Below are positions 22,327 through 33,406 of a stretch of 64,000 nt of DNA, piece by piece; the first letter of the stretch is position 1; each line of letters opens with the position of its first letter. The DNA is from Thecamonas trahens ATCC 50062 (lineage: Eukaryota > Protista > Apusomonadida). The position numbers and the translations under genes were made by a program. The stretch spans positions 310,001-374,000 of the forward strand of contig NW_013657654.1 of NCBI RefSeq assembly GCF_000142905.1. The letters are read 5' to 3'. Below the pieces are notes generated by a model that was not told the DNA's origin, ran no database searches, and saw only the letters and a program-made list of their open reading frames with translations.

Positions 22327-22411
22327 AGTGGGTGTAGGTGTGTGGGGTGTGGGGTGTGTGTGTGGGGTGGGGGGGGAGGGGACAGTCGAGGTGGGTAGGG
22401 AAAGGGGGGGA

Positions 22412-22511
22412 NNNNNNNNNNNNNNNNNNNNNNNNNNNNNNNNNNNNNNNNNNNNNNNNNNNNNNNNNNNNNNNNNNNNNNNNNNNNNNNNNNNNNNNNN
22501 NNNNNNNNNNN
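22412..22511. other. Assembly gap (100 N) in G-rich low-complexity DNA
   Basis: Run of 100 N. Confidence 1.
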
Positions 22512-22806
22512 GGAGGGGGAGGAGAGGGGAGGAGGAGGAAGGGAAGGGAAGGGGGAGGAGGGGAGGGAGGGGGAGGGGGGGGAGCATGGACAATGGACAA
22601 TATCATGTCATATCCTCCTGATGTGCGATGGGATGATGTTGTGATGGTGGTGATGATGCCCTGGTTGCGGGCTTTGCTCCTGCCCGTCTCCAAGTCGCCC
22701 CCCCCTCCTCTTCCCCTCCTCCTTCCCCTCCCCTCCCCTCCCCCTCCCCCTCCCCCTCCCCCTCCCCCTCCCCCCTCCCTCCCACCCACCACTTGTCTGT
22801 GCGAGA

Positions 22807-23580
22807 ATGGCCATGAGTGAGAAGCGCATTCTGTTTGTGAGGTATGTTCACCATGTGTTGTGTGCGTATGTGGTGGATGGGTTTGGCGTGGGTAGGGGTG
22901 GGTGGGTGGGTAGGGGTGGGTGGGTGGGGCGTGGTCGACTCACTCTGGCGGGGCGCGCGCGCTGTTGTTGGCTGTTGGCTGTTGGTTGTTGGTGGCTGCT
23001 GGGATCGGGGGCTTTTGGCTGATGGTGGCTGTTGGCTGTTGGCTGTTGGCTGTTGGCTGTTGGTTGTTGGTTGTTGGTTGTTGGTGGCTGCTGGGATCGG
23101 GGGCTGTTGGCTGATGGTGGATGTGGTCTGGCGTCGGGTGGGCTGTGATCTGGCGTCGGGTGGGCTGATGGTGGCTGTGATCTGGTACTGGGTGGACTGA
23201 CTGCTACTCATTGCTGGTGTGAATTGATGACCGGCTGTTGATGTGTTTACAGAAACCTGCCGTTCAGCATCTCGCCCGAGGAGCTGTACGAGACGTTTGG
23301 CCAATTCGGTACGGTCCGTCAGATCCGGGTGGGCAACGAGCAGGCGACGCGCGGACAGGGGTATGTGGTGTACAACGACGAGTCTGTGGCTGCCGCCGCA
23401 CTCTCAGTGCTCAACGGGTTCCGGGTCGGCGGACGATACATTGTGGTCTCGTATTTTGCGCCGCAACTCGCGCAGCGCAAGCCAATGACCCAGGACGAGC
23501 TGCAGAAGCGCCGCGAGGAGCTGGAGGCGCTGAAGGAAAAGTACGGGCTGGACGACGAGGGCAACGCGCTCGACGAGTGA
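22807..23580 (+). CDS. SF3B6: Splicing factor 3B subunit 6 (p14), 2 exons: 22807-22841 and 23253-23580
   Basis: GT-AG intron 22842-23252 (GTATGT...TTTACAG) joins KRILFVR to NLPFSISPEELYETFGQFGTVRQIRVGN...RGQGYVVY...GFRVGGRYIVVSY...LKEKYG, the p14 RRM. Confidence 0.93.
22960..23110. repeat. (GTTGGCT/GTTGGTT)n low-complexity repeat inside the SF3B6 intron
   Basis: Heptamer-like tandem units are directly visible. Confidence 0.75.
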
Positions 23581-23612
23581 GGGCGGTCCGGTCGGCCGGT
23601 CCATTGCTACGT

Positions 23613-26600
23613 TTACCGGCGGCGGTGGCGAGCACGTTTGGTGCGGACCTTCTTGGAGGTGCGGCGACCCAGGTCGGCCTTGAGCCGACGGTCGACCATG
23701 CGGTAGGAGCGAGTGACCGACTTGCCGCCACGGGCCTCGGCGCGCTTGCCGATGACGAGGCGGCGCTTGGGCTTGTCGACAGCCTTGTTTCCGGCACGGT
23801 AGAGGCGCTCGATCATGCGCGCGCGCGAGGTGGCGGAGAGGTCGGTGTCGTTGGCGATGGCGGTGACCTGGCGCTTCATCTTCTCGAGCTTGATGACGGC
23901 GCGCATCTTCTTGCGGGCCTTGGCCTCGGCGACGCGCTTGATGGGCCGGGCGTTGACGGCCTTGTGCAGGTGCTTGAGCTCGGCCACCATCTCCTTGGTG
24001 ATGGGCAGCGAGGGCTGGTTGTTTTCGGCGAGGTAGTCCTCGTACCAGGACGGCAGGTTGTCCTCGTTGTGGGCCCGCCGGTTGTACGACTTGTCGATGA
24101 GCGACTCGCGACGCTTGCGGGCGGCCATCTCCTTGGCCAGCGCAAGGTACTCGGCCTTGTCGTCCGAGTCTGAGAACGACATCGGGTCCTGCGGGACGAC
24201 CTCAAACTCTGTCACCCCGTCGGACTCGGACTCGGGCTCATCAGACGACGAGTCATCGCCAGACGAACCGAGCACGATGCGGCGCGGGTCGTGGCGCTCG
24301 GGCTCGCGCTTGCGCTTGCGCGACGGCTCGGCAGCAGCAGAAGCAGCCGTAGCCACCGGCGCACGCTCGCCCGAGCGTCCGAGCGGCGCAGCCGCGGGCG
24401 GCACGCCGCGCATCTCGGCAACAACCTTGTCGGCGTCATCGTCAACCTCGAGGCCCTGGAACAAATCGGAAGAAAAGACATCGTTAGGGTTGGCAAGGCC
24501 GGAGCGGCCGGTAATGAGCGTGTTGGCATCGGCGGCGACAGCAGCGGCAGCGGCGCGGCGCTTTTGCAACTCGGCAAAGAACTTGGCGTCGGACGACTCG
24601 GACGAGTCGTCGTCAGACGATTCGTCGGCGTCGTCATCGGCATCGTCGTTGGACGAGTCGTCGTCGTCCGAGGAGGAGAGGATGTTGCGGTCGACGTTGG
24701 GGCGGAGGGCCGCGATGGCCTCGGCCTCCTCGGTCAGGCCCATCTCACGGGCCTTAAGGTCCATGTACAGCTCGGTGGAGATGCCGAGCTGGCGGACACG
24801 CTTGATCTTCTTACCGACGCGGACGCGAGGCGTGGCGCGCTGCTCGCGCTCGACCTTGTCGGCGTGATACGCCTCGAGGTCGGCCTCGACCTGAGTGTCG
24901 TAGTCGAGGCCCTCGAGCGGCTCGGTAGCGCCGGGTGGCGCCTCGGTGTCGTTGCGGACGCCCTTAGGCAGGTAAACGTCGGCAACCTCCTCGTCGTCGA
25001 CGGCAGCGAGCGCGGCGTCACTGTCGCCGATGATGGCGTTGACGTCCGTCTGCGTTGGCATCGTTTCGAGCGAGAAGAGCGAGGCCTCAGCCGGTGTCTC
25101 AATCACATCGCCGGCCGGCATGGCGAGCGTCAAGTGCTGGCGATACTTGGCGAGACGGGACCGCGTCTTGCGCTTCTTGCGCTTCTCGATGGCGCGCATG
25201 CGCTCCTTGAACCGCTCCATCTCGACGGCGAGTACGTCCTCGTCGGCGTTGGCCAGCTCGGCAAGGCTCAGATCGGTCGTCGTCACCTCGACCTCTTCGG
25301 TCTCGGGCTTGGCGTCAAGGCCCATAAAGGCGCGCATCGACTTGCGCCAGCGGAGAACGCGCTTAAAGTCGCTCTTGGAGAGAACGCGGAGGTCGGCGAC
25401 GCACGCGAGGATCTCGTCGGTCGTCTTCGGGTGGTTGATGTAAACCTTGGACTCGGCGTCGGTCGTCGTCAGCTTGTTGTTCTCGGCGAGGACAGTCATC
25501 GGGTTGAGCGAGTCGACAAAGAACGCCAGCGGCACTTCCTTGTACAGAAGCGACCCGACATCGTCGGCATAGCCAGTCCGGTGGCGCTTCTGCTTGTTGT
25601 TGAAAATGTCCGGGACGGTGGCGTTGGGCGCAACGTCGGCAAAGATCGACGAGGCCTCAAACATCCGCGGATCGATCGAGTCAGGCGCCTTGAAGTCCTG
25701 GCAGACGACGAAGATCTCGGCAGAGACGCCACGTGACGACGGCGGCTTGGTCGCGTCGACCTTGTTGAACAGCTGCTGGAAGACCCAGATGAGGGCATTG
25801 TAGTCCTTGGAGCGGAAGACCTTGGTCACAAACGTGCCGCCGCGGGTGAGAAACTCGGACGCCAGCTTGCACGACTCGAGGACTAGGCACGCCTGCGAGT
25901 ACGCGTCGTGCGTCCAGTCCTTACCCATGTTCGGCGCACCATCATGCAGGAACACGTCGGCCTTCCAGCCCTTGAGGAAACCTGCAATCTCCTTGCGGCA
26001 CCGCGGCGTGGTGATGTCCGCAACAAGTGTCGTCACGCCCTTGATCGGCTGGATCGGGTCGAGATCAATGCCCATCACCAGCGAGCTCATCGGCATGTAC
26101 TTGGTCGCCACCTGGAGCCATCCGCCGGGCGCAGCACACAGATCAATGCACACCCGCGCTGACGAGAGGAACTCATACTTCTTGTTCAGCTGGATCAGCT
26201 TGTATGCCGCACGCGAGCGGTATCCTTGTTCCTTGGCCAAGTGGTAGTATGTGGAGACGTCAACGGCGAAGAGTCAATAGGAAGCGCACAGGAAGGAAGA
26301 GTGAGAGATAACGATGCAGAGATCGGGCGAGATAAAACGATGCAGAGATCGGGCGAGATAAAGCGATGCAGAGATCGGGCGAGATAAAACGATGCAGAGA
26401 TCGGGCGAGATAAAACGATGCAGAGATCGGGCGAGATAAAGCGATGCAGAGATCGGGCGAGATAAAACGATGCAGAGATCGGGCGAGATAAAACGATGCA
26501 GAGATCGGGCGAGGCAACAAAGACAAATGGGGAATACAAAAGGATGCAGAGATCGGGCGAGGCAACAAAGACAAATGGGGAATACAAAAGGGACGCAAAT

Positions 26601-27305
26601 GAGTGGGCCTATGCGAGAGAGGGGAAGATTGCGGAGGAGACTGCCGGACAGGGGGACCATAACAAGGACCTTGACCGACGACGAGTGCATGAGCACGTGC
26701 ATTAACAAACAAGTTGGAAACAAAGATAGTACACCCATATAGGATGCGATTGGTGATGTGGTTGGACGGGCAAGTGCCCGCATGCGCCCATGCCTGGGGG
26801 GAATGGGCCTCCCCTGGCTTCCCCCCGGAGGATGGATGGCAGGATGATGACAAGCCGAACCGACTGGAGGGGAAGGGGGGGGGGGGCAGGAGGGGGTGGG
26901 GGACGGAGGGGATAAGGGGAAGAGAGGGAAGAGAGGGGGGTAGGGTATGATCTCAGAGTCGTTCCACAGACAGAGAACATGGTTATGCACAGACATCCTT
27001 CCTTTCTCGTATCTCTATGGCTGTACAGCACGCCACTCATCCATGGACGGCGAGTAGCCAACATGCTCCCCAACCCCCAGACTCCAAAGATTAATTCATC
27101 AAGAGTCAATCATTGGCTGGGGGAGGTGGGGGGGACACTGCCAGCTGCACCCTTCCATGGATGGGCTTGCCATTCAACGATCGGGATGCGGGAAAGGGAA
27201 GGGAATCACAGGGGTGAGGAAGGGGGGAGAGAGGATGGGGAAGCTTAGTGCGACTGGATATTTGTCAAGGCGGCCTTTTCCCTTCTTCTGCTTCTTCGAA
27301 GGCAT
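23613..27305 (-). CDS. SPB1: AdoMet-dependent LSU rRNA 2'-O-methyltransferase SPB1/FTSJ3, 2 exons: 27305-27262 and 26250-23613
   Basis: Spliced N-terminus [33 protein letters not shown]. FtsJ motifs DLCAAPGGW, LHDGAPN, FVTKVFRSKDY and KPPSSRGVSAEIF. Spb1_C motif NARPIKRVAEAKARKK. Confidence 0.97.
26312..26590. repeat. Intronic minisatellite: ~8 x 26 nt grading into 2 x 48 nt
   Basis: CGATGCAGAGATCGGGCGAGATAAA(A/G) units. The last unit extends into GATGCAGAGATCGGGCGAGGCAACAAAGACAAATGGGGAATACAAAAG, present twice. Confidence 0.95.
26947..27113 (-). ncRNA. Candidate intronic box C/D snoRNA, predicted guide for 18S rRNA Cm38
   Basis: Box C TTGATGA (27102-27096), D' CTGG (27080-27077), box D CTGA (26956-26953) and terminal stem ATGATT/GATCAT. 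Guide TTAATCTTTG (27094-27085) is complementary to conserved 18S CAAAGATTAA, and its nucleotide 5 upstream of D' pairs with C38 (yeast numbering). Confidence 0.6.
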
Positions 27306-27804
27306 GGTGAGCGGGGAGTGAGGTCTACCCAGTTGAGTCGCCAACACCGCCTCGAGTTGGTCGGCCAGTCGGTCGGTCGGCTTACCCTGTCCCTCCTCCT
27401 CTGACCAAGTCGACTCCATCATGCTCGACAATCGGCCGATAATATTCATTATCCCGTTCCTTTCCGTCCGATTGGATGTTGTGGCGGACGAGTCGCCGCC
27501 ATGGTGCGAGGCTGTAGCATCGGCTTGATAACGGAGGAGCTGCGCAACACTGTGACGGTCGCAGCAAGTGTCGGGTCCGAGGTCGCGTCTGCAAGAGAGC
27601 CCGGGCAAACGTCTTCCTATCTATCCCCATCCTCAAATCGCCGCATAGTACGACCATTCAGCCGCTGATACGCGCGGGTCCGATCCACATGTCACTGTGG
27701 TGCTATGTCTGGTTGCCGCGGCGAAGCTTCCATTTGGCGAGGTCATCGCTGTCGGCCACGCGTCATTGCTGTTGCAACGCCGAGCACTCGTCTCCACCAT
27801 TATC

Positions 27805-28587
27805 ATGGCGACAACGCCGACATCGAGTCGCGCCAACCCACTGGGAAGCGCGGCAGAGACAGAGCGGATGGCGAGGCAGTGGAGCGAGGCGCTGCGTGGA
27901 TGCCGGACCGAGTCTGTGGTACTGGCGACCAAGTTTGATCGGCTGCGGGCTGTGATAGTGGCGCATGTGCAGAGCGGGATGACGAGCGATGCGGAGAGCG
28001 ACGTCGACATCGCAGTGTTCCATGAGGCCTTCCCTTTTGCCATCTGCATGTTGGACCAGCTTGTCAAGACGCCCCAGTTGTCAGAGTCTGCCGACGAGCT
28101 GCGAGACATGGTCTCTCGGACCAAAGACGCGCTCGCCGACGAGGGCTGGTCGTTTGGCGGCTTGATGGCCATGATCGGCACCATCTTCACTCTCGCGCCG
28201 TACGCCGCCTCTGCGCTTGTGCATCCTCGCGAGAGTGCGAGCAGCGATGAACGCGACGGCGTCTCCGACGCCAATCGCTGGTCCTCTGTCCTCCGCAACT
28301 GCCAGGGCGAGATCGACACTGTCCGCCATCGCATCGCCGACGCTGACTCCAGTGGAGGCGGTGACGACACCACTGACGAGATGGACGCTCGCACAGAGGC
28401 TGCCATGCAATCGCTTACCAAGTGTGTGCTGAATGCCGTGGCTCCGGTCGAGTTTGGCGCGTACCTCCGCTCATGCGAAGAGCGCGGCTGCAAGGTGTTT
28501 GACGAGTGCGACGACGCCGACGTCCCACCTGAGCTCATCCTAGCCTTTGACAAAGTCACCTCGGCCATGATTCATCACCTACTCTGA
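27805..28587 (+). CDS. Hypothetical protein, predicted alpha-helical
   Basis: Single long ORF with coding-like composition, divergent from SPB1. No recognised motif. Start uncertain. Confidence 0.6.
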   Translation: MATTPTSSRANPLGSAAETERMARQWSEALRGCRTESVVLATKFDRLRAVIVAHVQSGMTSDAESDVDIAVFHEAFPFAICMLDQLVKTPQLSESADELRDMVSRTKDALADEGWSFGGLMAMIGTIFTLAPYAASALVHPRESASSDERDGVSDANRWSSVLRNCQGEIDTVRHRIADADSSGGGDDTTDEMDARTEAAMQSLTKCVLNAVAPVEFGAYLRSCEERGCKVFDECDDADVPPELILAFDKVTSAMIHHLL

Positions 28588-28746
28588 CTCGATGTGGCTC
28601 ATCGGCCGTGTTGGTCACGGGCTGCCAGTCAAGACTGGCGGATGGCGGCGGCGGAGGTGGCGGCGTCGCCAATAACGTTATTCAATGAAAACACGATTAT
28701 TCCAAGCAGCTGGTTTGCACTCTTCTCTCTCTCACGGTGCCACAGC

Positions 28747-31257
28747 ATGGCCATCGACCACATTCCGGATGCGGAGGAGATGAAGACGCTCGGTGAGCCG
28801 CACCATTACGACGCCAACTTCAAGGGGCCGATTGTGGAGCGGCAGTGCCGGGACGTGCTCTTCCTTCTGCTCTTCATTCTCTTTATCATTGGTATGGGTG
28901 TTGTCACCGTCATCGCCTACCGCATCGGCAACCCAAGCGGTACGTTCCCCACGCCCCCCACGCCCCCCACCCCCTCGCCCTGCCCCCAAGCAGGGGAAGA
29001 GTAGCGACAGTATGGGAAGAAGACGCCATACAATCCATGGTGTACATGTTGTACACCACCATGGAACCTTGTGTATGGTCATAAGGACAGCGTAGCCCCT
29101 CCGCTGCCGACCATGCCCGCACCGCGCCTGCCCCCACCGCATACCAGGAAAACGCCATTGATCACACCTCGATCGCGCGCCGTTTTGATCAGCCGGCTCG
29201 CCCTGGTTCCACCGGGCCCCGGGAGCGGTATGCGGTGCGGGCATGGCCAAGCGAAGATGCTGGGTCGCTCTCCACACTCTGGCATGGTGCGCAAACAGAA
29301 TGGGCTCCTCCTTCTCCTCTTCTGGAGAAAAAAATATCCCAAAGCCCATGGCCCACTGGCTTTGGCCGCTCTTATGAGGCGGTGGCGTACTTTGGCGTAC
29401 CTTTATCGTACACTGGGGGAAGAGGGTAGAGGTAGAGGGCGAGGAGAACGACTCACGGGAGTGAGACGGGGCGGGGGGCACGTTGGGGATGAGGACAGGA
29501 TTTTGTACGGGACGGATGCAGACGGCAATGTGTGCGACACCAAGAACTCTGATTTGCGCAACGGCATCGACATGCGTGGGCGGCCGTTTGTGTTTTTCGG
29601 CAACCCTCTCAAGCCGTTCCGTGACGAGATCTGCGTGAAGAAGTGTCCTGTGGATAACGTCAACATTTTTGCGTTGTCGTACGACAAGGACAACATTTAT
29701 TGCCGCAACGGCTACACCGGCAACAAGCCGCGGACAGACATCCTGTACATGGGATGCACCGGCGACTGCCCGTGCTTCCCGGGCTACTCGTCGACGCCGA
29801 TCCTGCGGCGGTGTATTCCTGCGCCGGGCTCCGAGACTGTGACCAACTCGTCAGACACGACAAACATCATGGACAAGATCAACTCGACGGAGCTGTCGCG
29901 GCAGATCATGGCAGACATCAACGCTGCCAAGTACATCATTCTGTTCCTGGCGGGCGTGGCTGTGGTGCTCTCGTTCTGCTGGCTTCTCCTTCTCAAGACC
30001 TTTACTGGGTGCCTGGTGTGGACGACGATTATTCTCGTTTCCGTGCTCTCTATCACGATCTCGACGCTGCTGTGCATGGAGGCCAAGGAGGCGCGCGACG
30101 AGCACAACGACGCCAAGCGCAAGGGCGTGGACACGGTCGAGTCGCAGCTGCAGTACCGGACGATGACGGCGTTTGCGGTGATTGCGACGGTGGCGACGGC
30201 GGTTCTGCTCATTGTTGTCCTCACCATGCGCAACAAGATCCGGCTGGCGATCCAGATCATCAAGGAGGCCGGGGCGGCGCTGACGTCGATGCCGTGCTTG
30301 TTCTGCGTCCCGATCTGGACCTTTGTCATTCTTGGCCTCTTCTTTGCGTACTGGATCGCGACGGCGCTGTACCTGGCGACGGCCGGCGAGCCGCTGTATG
30401 ACCCGGAGACGGGCGAGTTTGTGACGTACAAGGCGTCCAAGGACGTGCGGCGGATGCAGGCGTACCACGTCTTTGCCCTCCTCTGGGTCCTCGCCTTTAT
30501 CCTGGGCATTCACGAATGCACCATTGCCGGCTCGATCGCCACGTGGTACTTTTCGCACGACAACAAGGTCAAGGGCTTCCCCATCCTGCGGTCGCTCAAG
30601 CGGACGCTGCGGTACCACACCGGGTCTGTCGCGCTCGGCTCGCTCATCATTGCCATTGTGCAGTTTATCCGTGTTTGCATCGAGTACGTCCGCATGCAGC
30701 TCAAAGGCAAAGACAACGACTTTGTCCGCTTCCTCCTCCGCTGCCTCGCGTACCTCTTTGCCTGCCTCGACCGCTTCCTTCGTTTCATTTCGCGGAATGC
30801 ATACATCCAGATCGCGATCTACGGCGAGTCGTTCTGCACCTCGGCCCGCGAGGCCTTTGCCCTCCTCATGCGTAACGCGTGGCGCCTCATTGCTGTCCAG
30901 TTCATCGGCGACTTTGTCATCAACCTCGGCAAGCTTGTGGTGGTCGTCATCGTCGCCATTGTCGCCTTCTTCATGCTCCGCGGCAAAGACGAGCTTGGCC
31001 TCCGCGAGGGCATCGAGCTCAACTACTGGGCCATTCCCTTTATCCTCATCTGTGTCCTCGCCTTTGCCGTTTGCACAGCTATGATGGGGCTCTACGAGCT
31101 GGCCATCGACACCATCTTCCTCTGCGCCATGGAAGACTTTGAGCGCAACGACGGCTCGCTTGACCGCCCCTACTACGCTTCGGAGCCGCTGACCAAGCTC
31201 CTCAAGGATAACGAGAAGCGCAAGATGGACACCGATCTTGGCAAGGACAACATCTAG
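28747..31257 (+). CDS. Choline transporter-like protein (CTL/SLC44), 2 exons: 28747-28939 and 29499-31257
   Basis: RQCRDVLFLLLF (exon 1), ILYGTDADGNVC, RYHTGSVALGSLII, RNAYIQIAIYGESFCTSA and AIDTIFLC. Intron GTACGT...GACAG. One base appears missing near 28938 to keep frame (GNPS-R-ILYG). Confidence 0.93.
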
Positions 31258-31405
31258 TCGCTTGCACCATTTCAGTGAACTTGAACATATCGAACGGATG
31301 TCAGCGTGAGCCCCGACCCAGACTCGCCCGAGCTACCTGTGCCTACTCGTTGCCAACCGGCCACGCACCCCCCTCCCCCCCCTCCCCCCCCCTCCTCAAC
31401 CCAGC

Positions 31406-32911
31406 ATGGAGCCGCAACATGTCTTTCCACACGTCGATGGGTACACCATTGTCCGGCAGCTCGGGAGTGGGACGTACGGAACGGTATTCCTCGCCACGGC
31501 GAGCCGCCGTTCATCATCATCGTTGGAAGTGTCATCAACGGCCGGATGGTCAAGGTTATCAAGGCAAACATTGTCTTCATCGCCGTTGCCATCGCCGCTG
31601 GTGGCCATCAAGCTGGTGCCGCTTGGACATGCAACGTCGATGGATCAAGTGGCGGCAGCGCTCAACGAGGCGGCAGTGACGTCGGACGTGGCGCACCACC
31701 CGTGCGTGGTCGACTTTATGTCGTCGGCGCCGACAAGGGTCCGCGGCATGGCGGCAATGGTGCTGGGGTATGCTGATGGCGGATCGCTTGCGGATGTGAT
31801 GCGGAGCGCGTATTCGCGACGGAAGTCGCTCACACCCGCGGTGGCGATGCACTTTGCCACGCAGCTGGCGCTGGCGCTCAAGCACGTGCATGATGCCGGG
31901 TACGCGCATCTGGATCTCAAGCCGGCTAACGTGCTGCTTGCATCGGCGCAGGCTGGCATGGTGGCATCGTCGGCTCGGTGGAAGGCGGCGAACCGGTTGG
32001 GCCGGCAGCAGGCGGTGGTCAAGCTCTCGGACTTTGGCGTCGCGGCTGTGGCACCCGGGCCTGGCGAGCCGCGGCTTACCGGTCTCGCCGGCTCGCCGCC
32101 GTACATGGCACCGGAGATGCTATCAGGCGCGGGGTACGGGCGTGAGGCCGATGTCTTTTCGTTTGGCGTCCTCCTGTACGAGCTCCTTGCTGGAGGCGTG
32201 CGGCCGTTCCCGGGCACCACGCTTGAGACGGCCGGAAGAGCGATTCTCACGCAACGACCTGCTGCACTTCCGCCTCACGTACCGCGGGAGCTGGCAGCGA
32301 TTGTGAAGGCGATGCTGCGCAAGGATCCGGCAGCACGACCGACATTTGCAGACATTCTTGTTTCGCCGCCGTTTGCGGCGGCGCTCGAGGTGTTGACCGC
32401 TCCGGACGGCGCGCTGTCGGAGGAGCGATTCGGCGCCGATGGCAGCTATCTCGGTAACGTGGCGGCGCTAGAGCCGGTCCCACCGTTGTCCGAGCCGCCA
32501 GTTCTTTCCGGAGGAGACGGCAACAGCGGCGATGGCGACGATAGCAGGCGCTACGCGCGCAAGCCGCTGACTCCGCTGGGCGAGATTGGGCGGATCGAGC
32601 GACGTCCGCGGCTCGGCTCAGCGCCAAGCCTCTTCTCGCCGCCGCTTGTGGCGCCGCCGCCGCGGACGATGCTGGCGCGGCCGTCGTCGGCGTCGCGGCT
32701 TGCGCGGATGGTCCAGACTCCGACCGCGGTCCTTGACGATGCTATCGGGCTGGCCACGGTTGGGCATGTGGCCGTAGCACCACGACGGCGGTCACCGCGG
32801 CGGATGATCCACCGCGTCCCCGTTGCACGGGCCTCACGCCCCGGCCGCCAGCACACGCCCGCATCCCCGTCTCCGAATCGGTCTGCTTCGCGATCTCGTC
32901 CGCGCCACTGA
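31406..32911 (+). CDS. Ser/Thr protein kinase, NEK-like
   Basis: LGSGTYG, VAIK, HLDLKPANVLL, KLSDFG, GSPPYMAPE and DVFSFG motifs. Confidence 0.88.
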   Translation: MEPQHVFPHVDGYTIVRQLGSGTYGTVFLATASRRSSSSLEVSSTAGWSRLSRQTLSSSPLPSPLVAIKLVPLGHATSMDQVAAALNEAAVTSDVAHHPCVVDFMSSAPTRVRGMAAMVLGYADGGSLADVMRSAYSRRKSLTPAVAMHFATQLALALKHVHDAGYAHLDLKPANVLLASAQAGMVASSARWKAANRLGRQQAVVKLSDFGVAAVAPGPGEPRLTGLAGSPPYMAPEMLSGAGYGREADVFSFGVLLYELLAGGVRPFPGTTLETAGRAILTQRPAALPPHVPRELAAIVKAMLRKDPAARPTFADILVSPPFAAALEVLTAPDGALSEERFGADGSYLGNVAALEPVPPLSEPPVLSGGDGNSGDGDDSRRYARKPLTPLGEIGRIERRPRLGSAPSLFSPPLVAPPPRTMLARPSSASRLARMVQTPTAVLDDAIGLATVGHVAVAPRRRSPRRMIHRVPVARASRPGRQHTPASPSPNRSASRSRPRH

Positions 32912-33406
32912 TCGTCACCGAACACGCCTTGCTACCTGCGTGGTCCTTGTTGATTGAACCAGCGAGGCTCATCCCCCTTCAATCGATCCCCCCCCCCCCC
33001 CCCCTCCCCCTCGTCCGCGATCTTGATCATGATCATGATCAGGATCAGCCCACCCGATCAACATCAACCGACACCACCCCACCTCACCCCCTCCCCCCCC
33101 CTCTCCCCCCCCCACCATGCGGGTTCGCGGACCTACGCTTCGCCCCCCAACCCCCCCATGTGTACCCATGCCTCTCTTCCGCCCCACTCCCTTCAACGCC
33201 CCTCCTGTCCGCCCTCCCACCTCCGCCACCGCCACCACCACCACCACCGCTCCTTTGGCAAGCCGCACGGCCATGGCGATGACCACCGACTCGGCAAGTC
33301 GCCTCCAATGCGACTTGGCCGCATCCGCATCGTCATCCTCCACGCTCTCGCCAGACAACTCTGTTAGCCCTCTCGCTCGATCGCTCGCTCGCTCATCTGC
33401 TCGTTT

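Larger units (their letters stand above)
26251..27261 (-). other. AT-AC (U12-type, minor spliceosomal) intron in SPB1, 1,011 nt, phase 2
   Basis: Sense-strand junctions GAC AA|ATATCCAGTC ... TTCCTATTGAC...CCGTTGACGTCTCCAC|A TAC TAC CAC TTG GCC restore the conserved [11 protein letters not shown]. No AG lies in the ~360 nt before the 3' junction. Confidence 0.85.

Noticed and set aside
21634-22820. ORFs reading through the N gap and G/C runs
   Set aside because: Artefacts of N translation and low complexity. MoaC starts at ATG 22326.
26953-27010. U14-like (GGATGTCTG) or U6-guide (TTCTCTGT) identity for the intronic RNA
   Set aside because: Matches are only 8-9 nt, U14 domains A and B are absent, and the spacing to a D box does not fit known U6 sites.
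26232-27254. Canonical GT-AG intron or a TTG start at 26240 for SPB1
   Set aside because: GTCGCA is a poor donor and this junction removes the conserved YHLAK. A TTG start loses the conserved K-rich RLDKY N-terminus.
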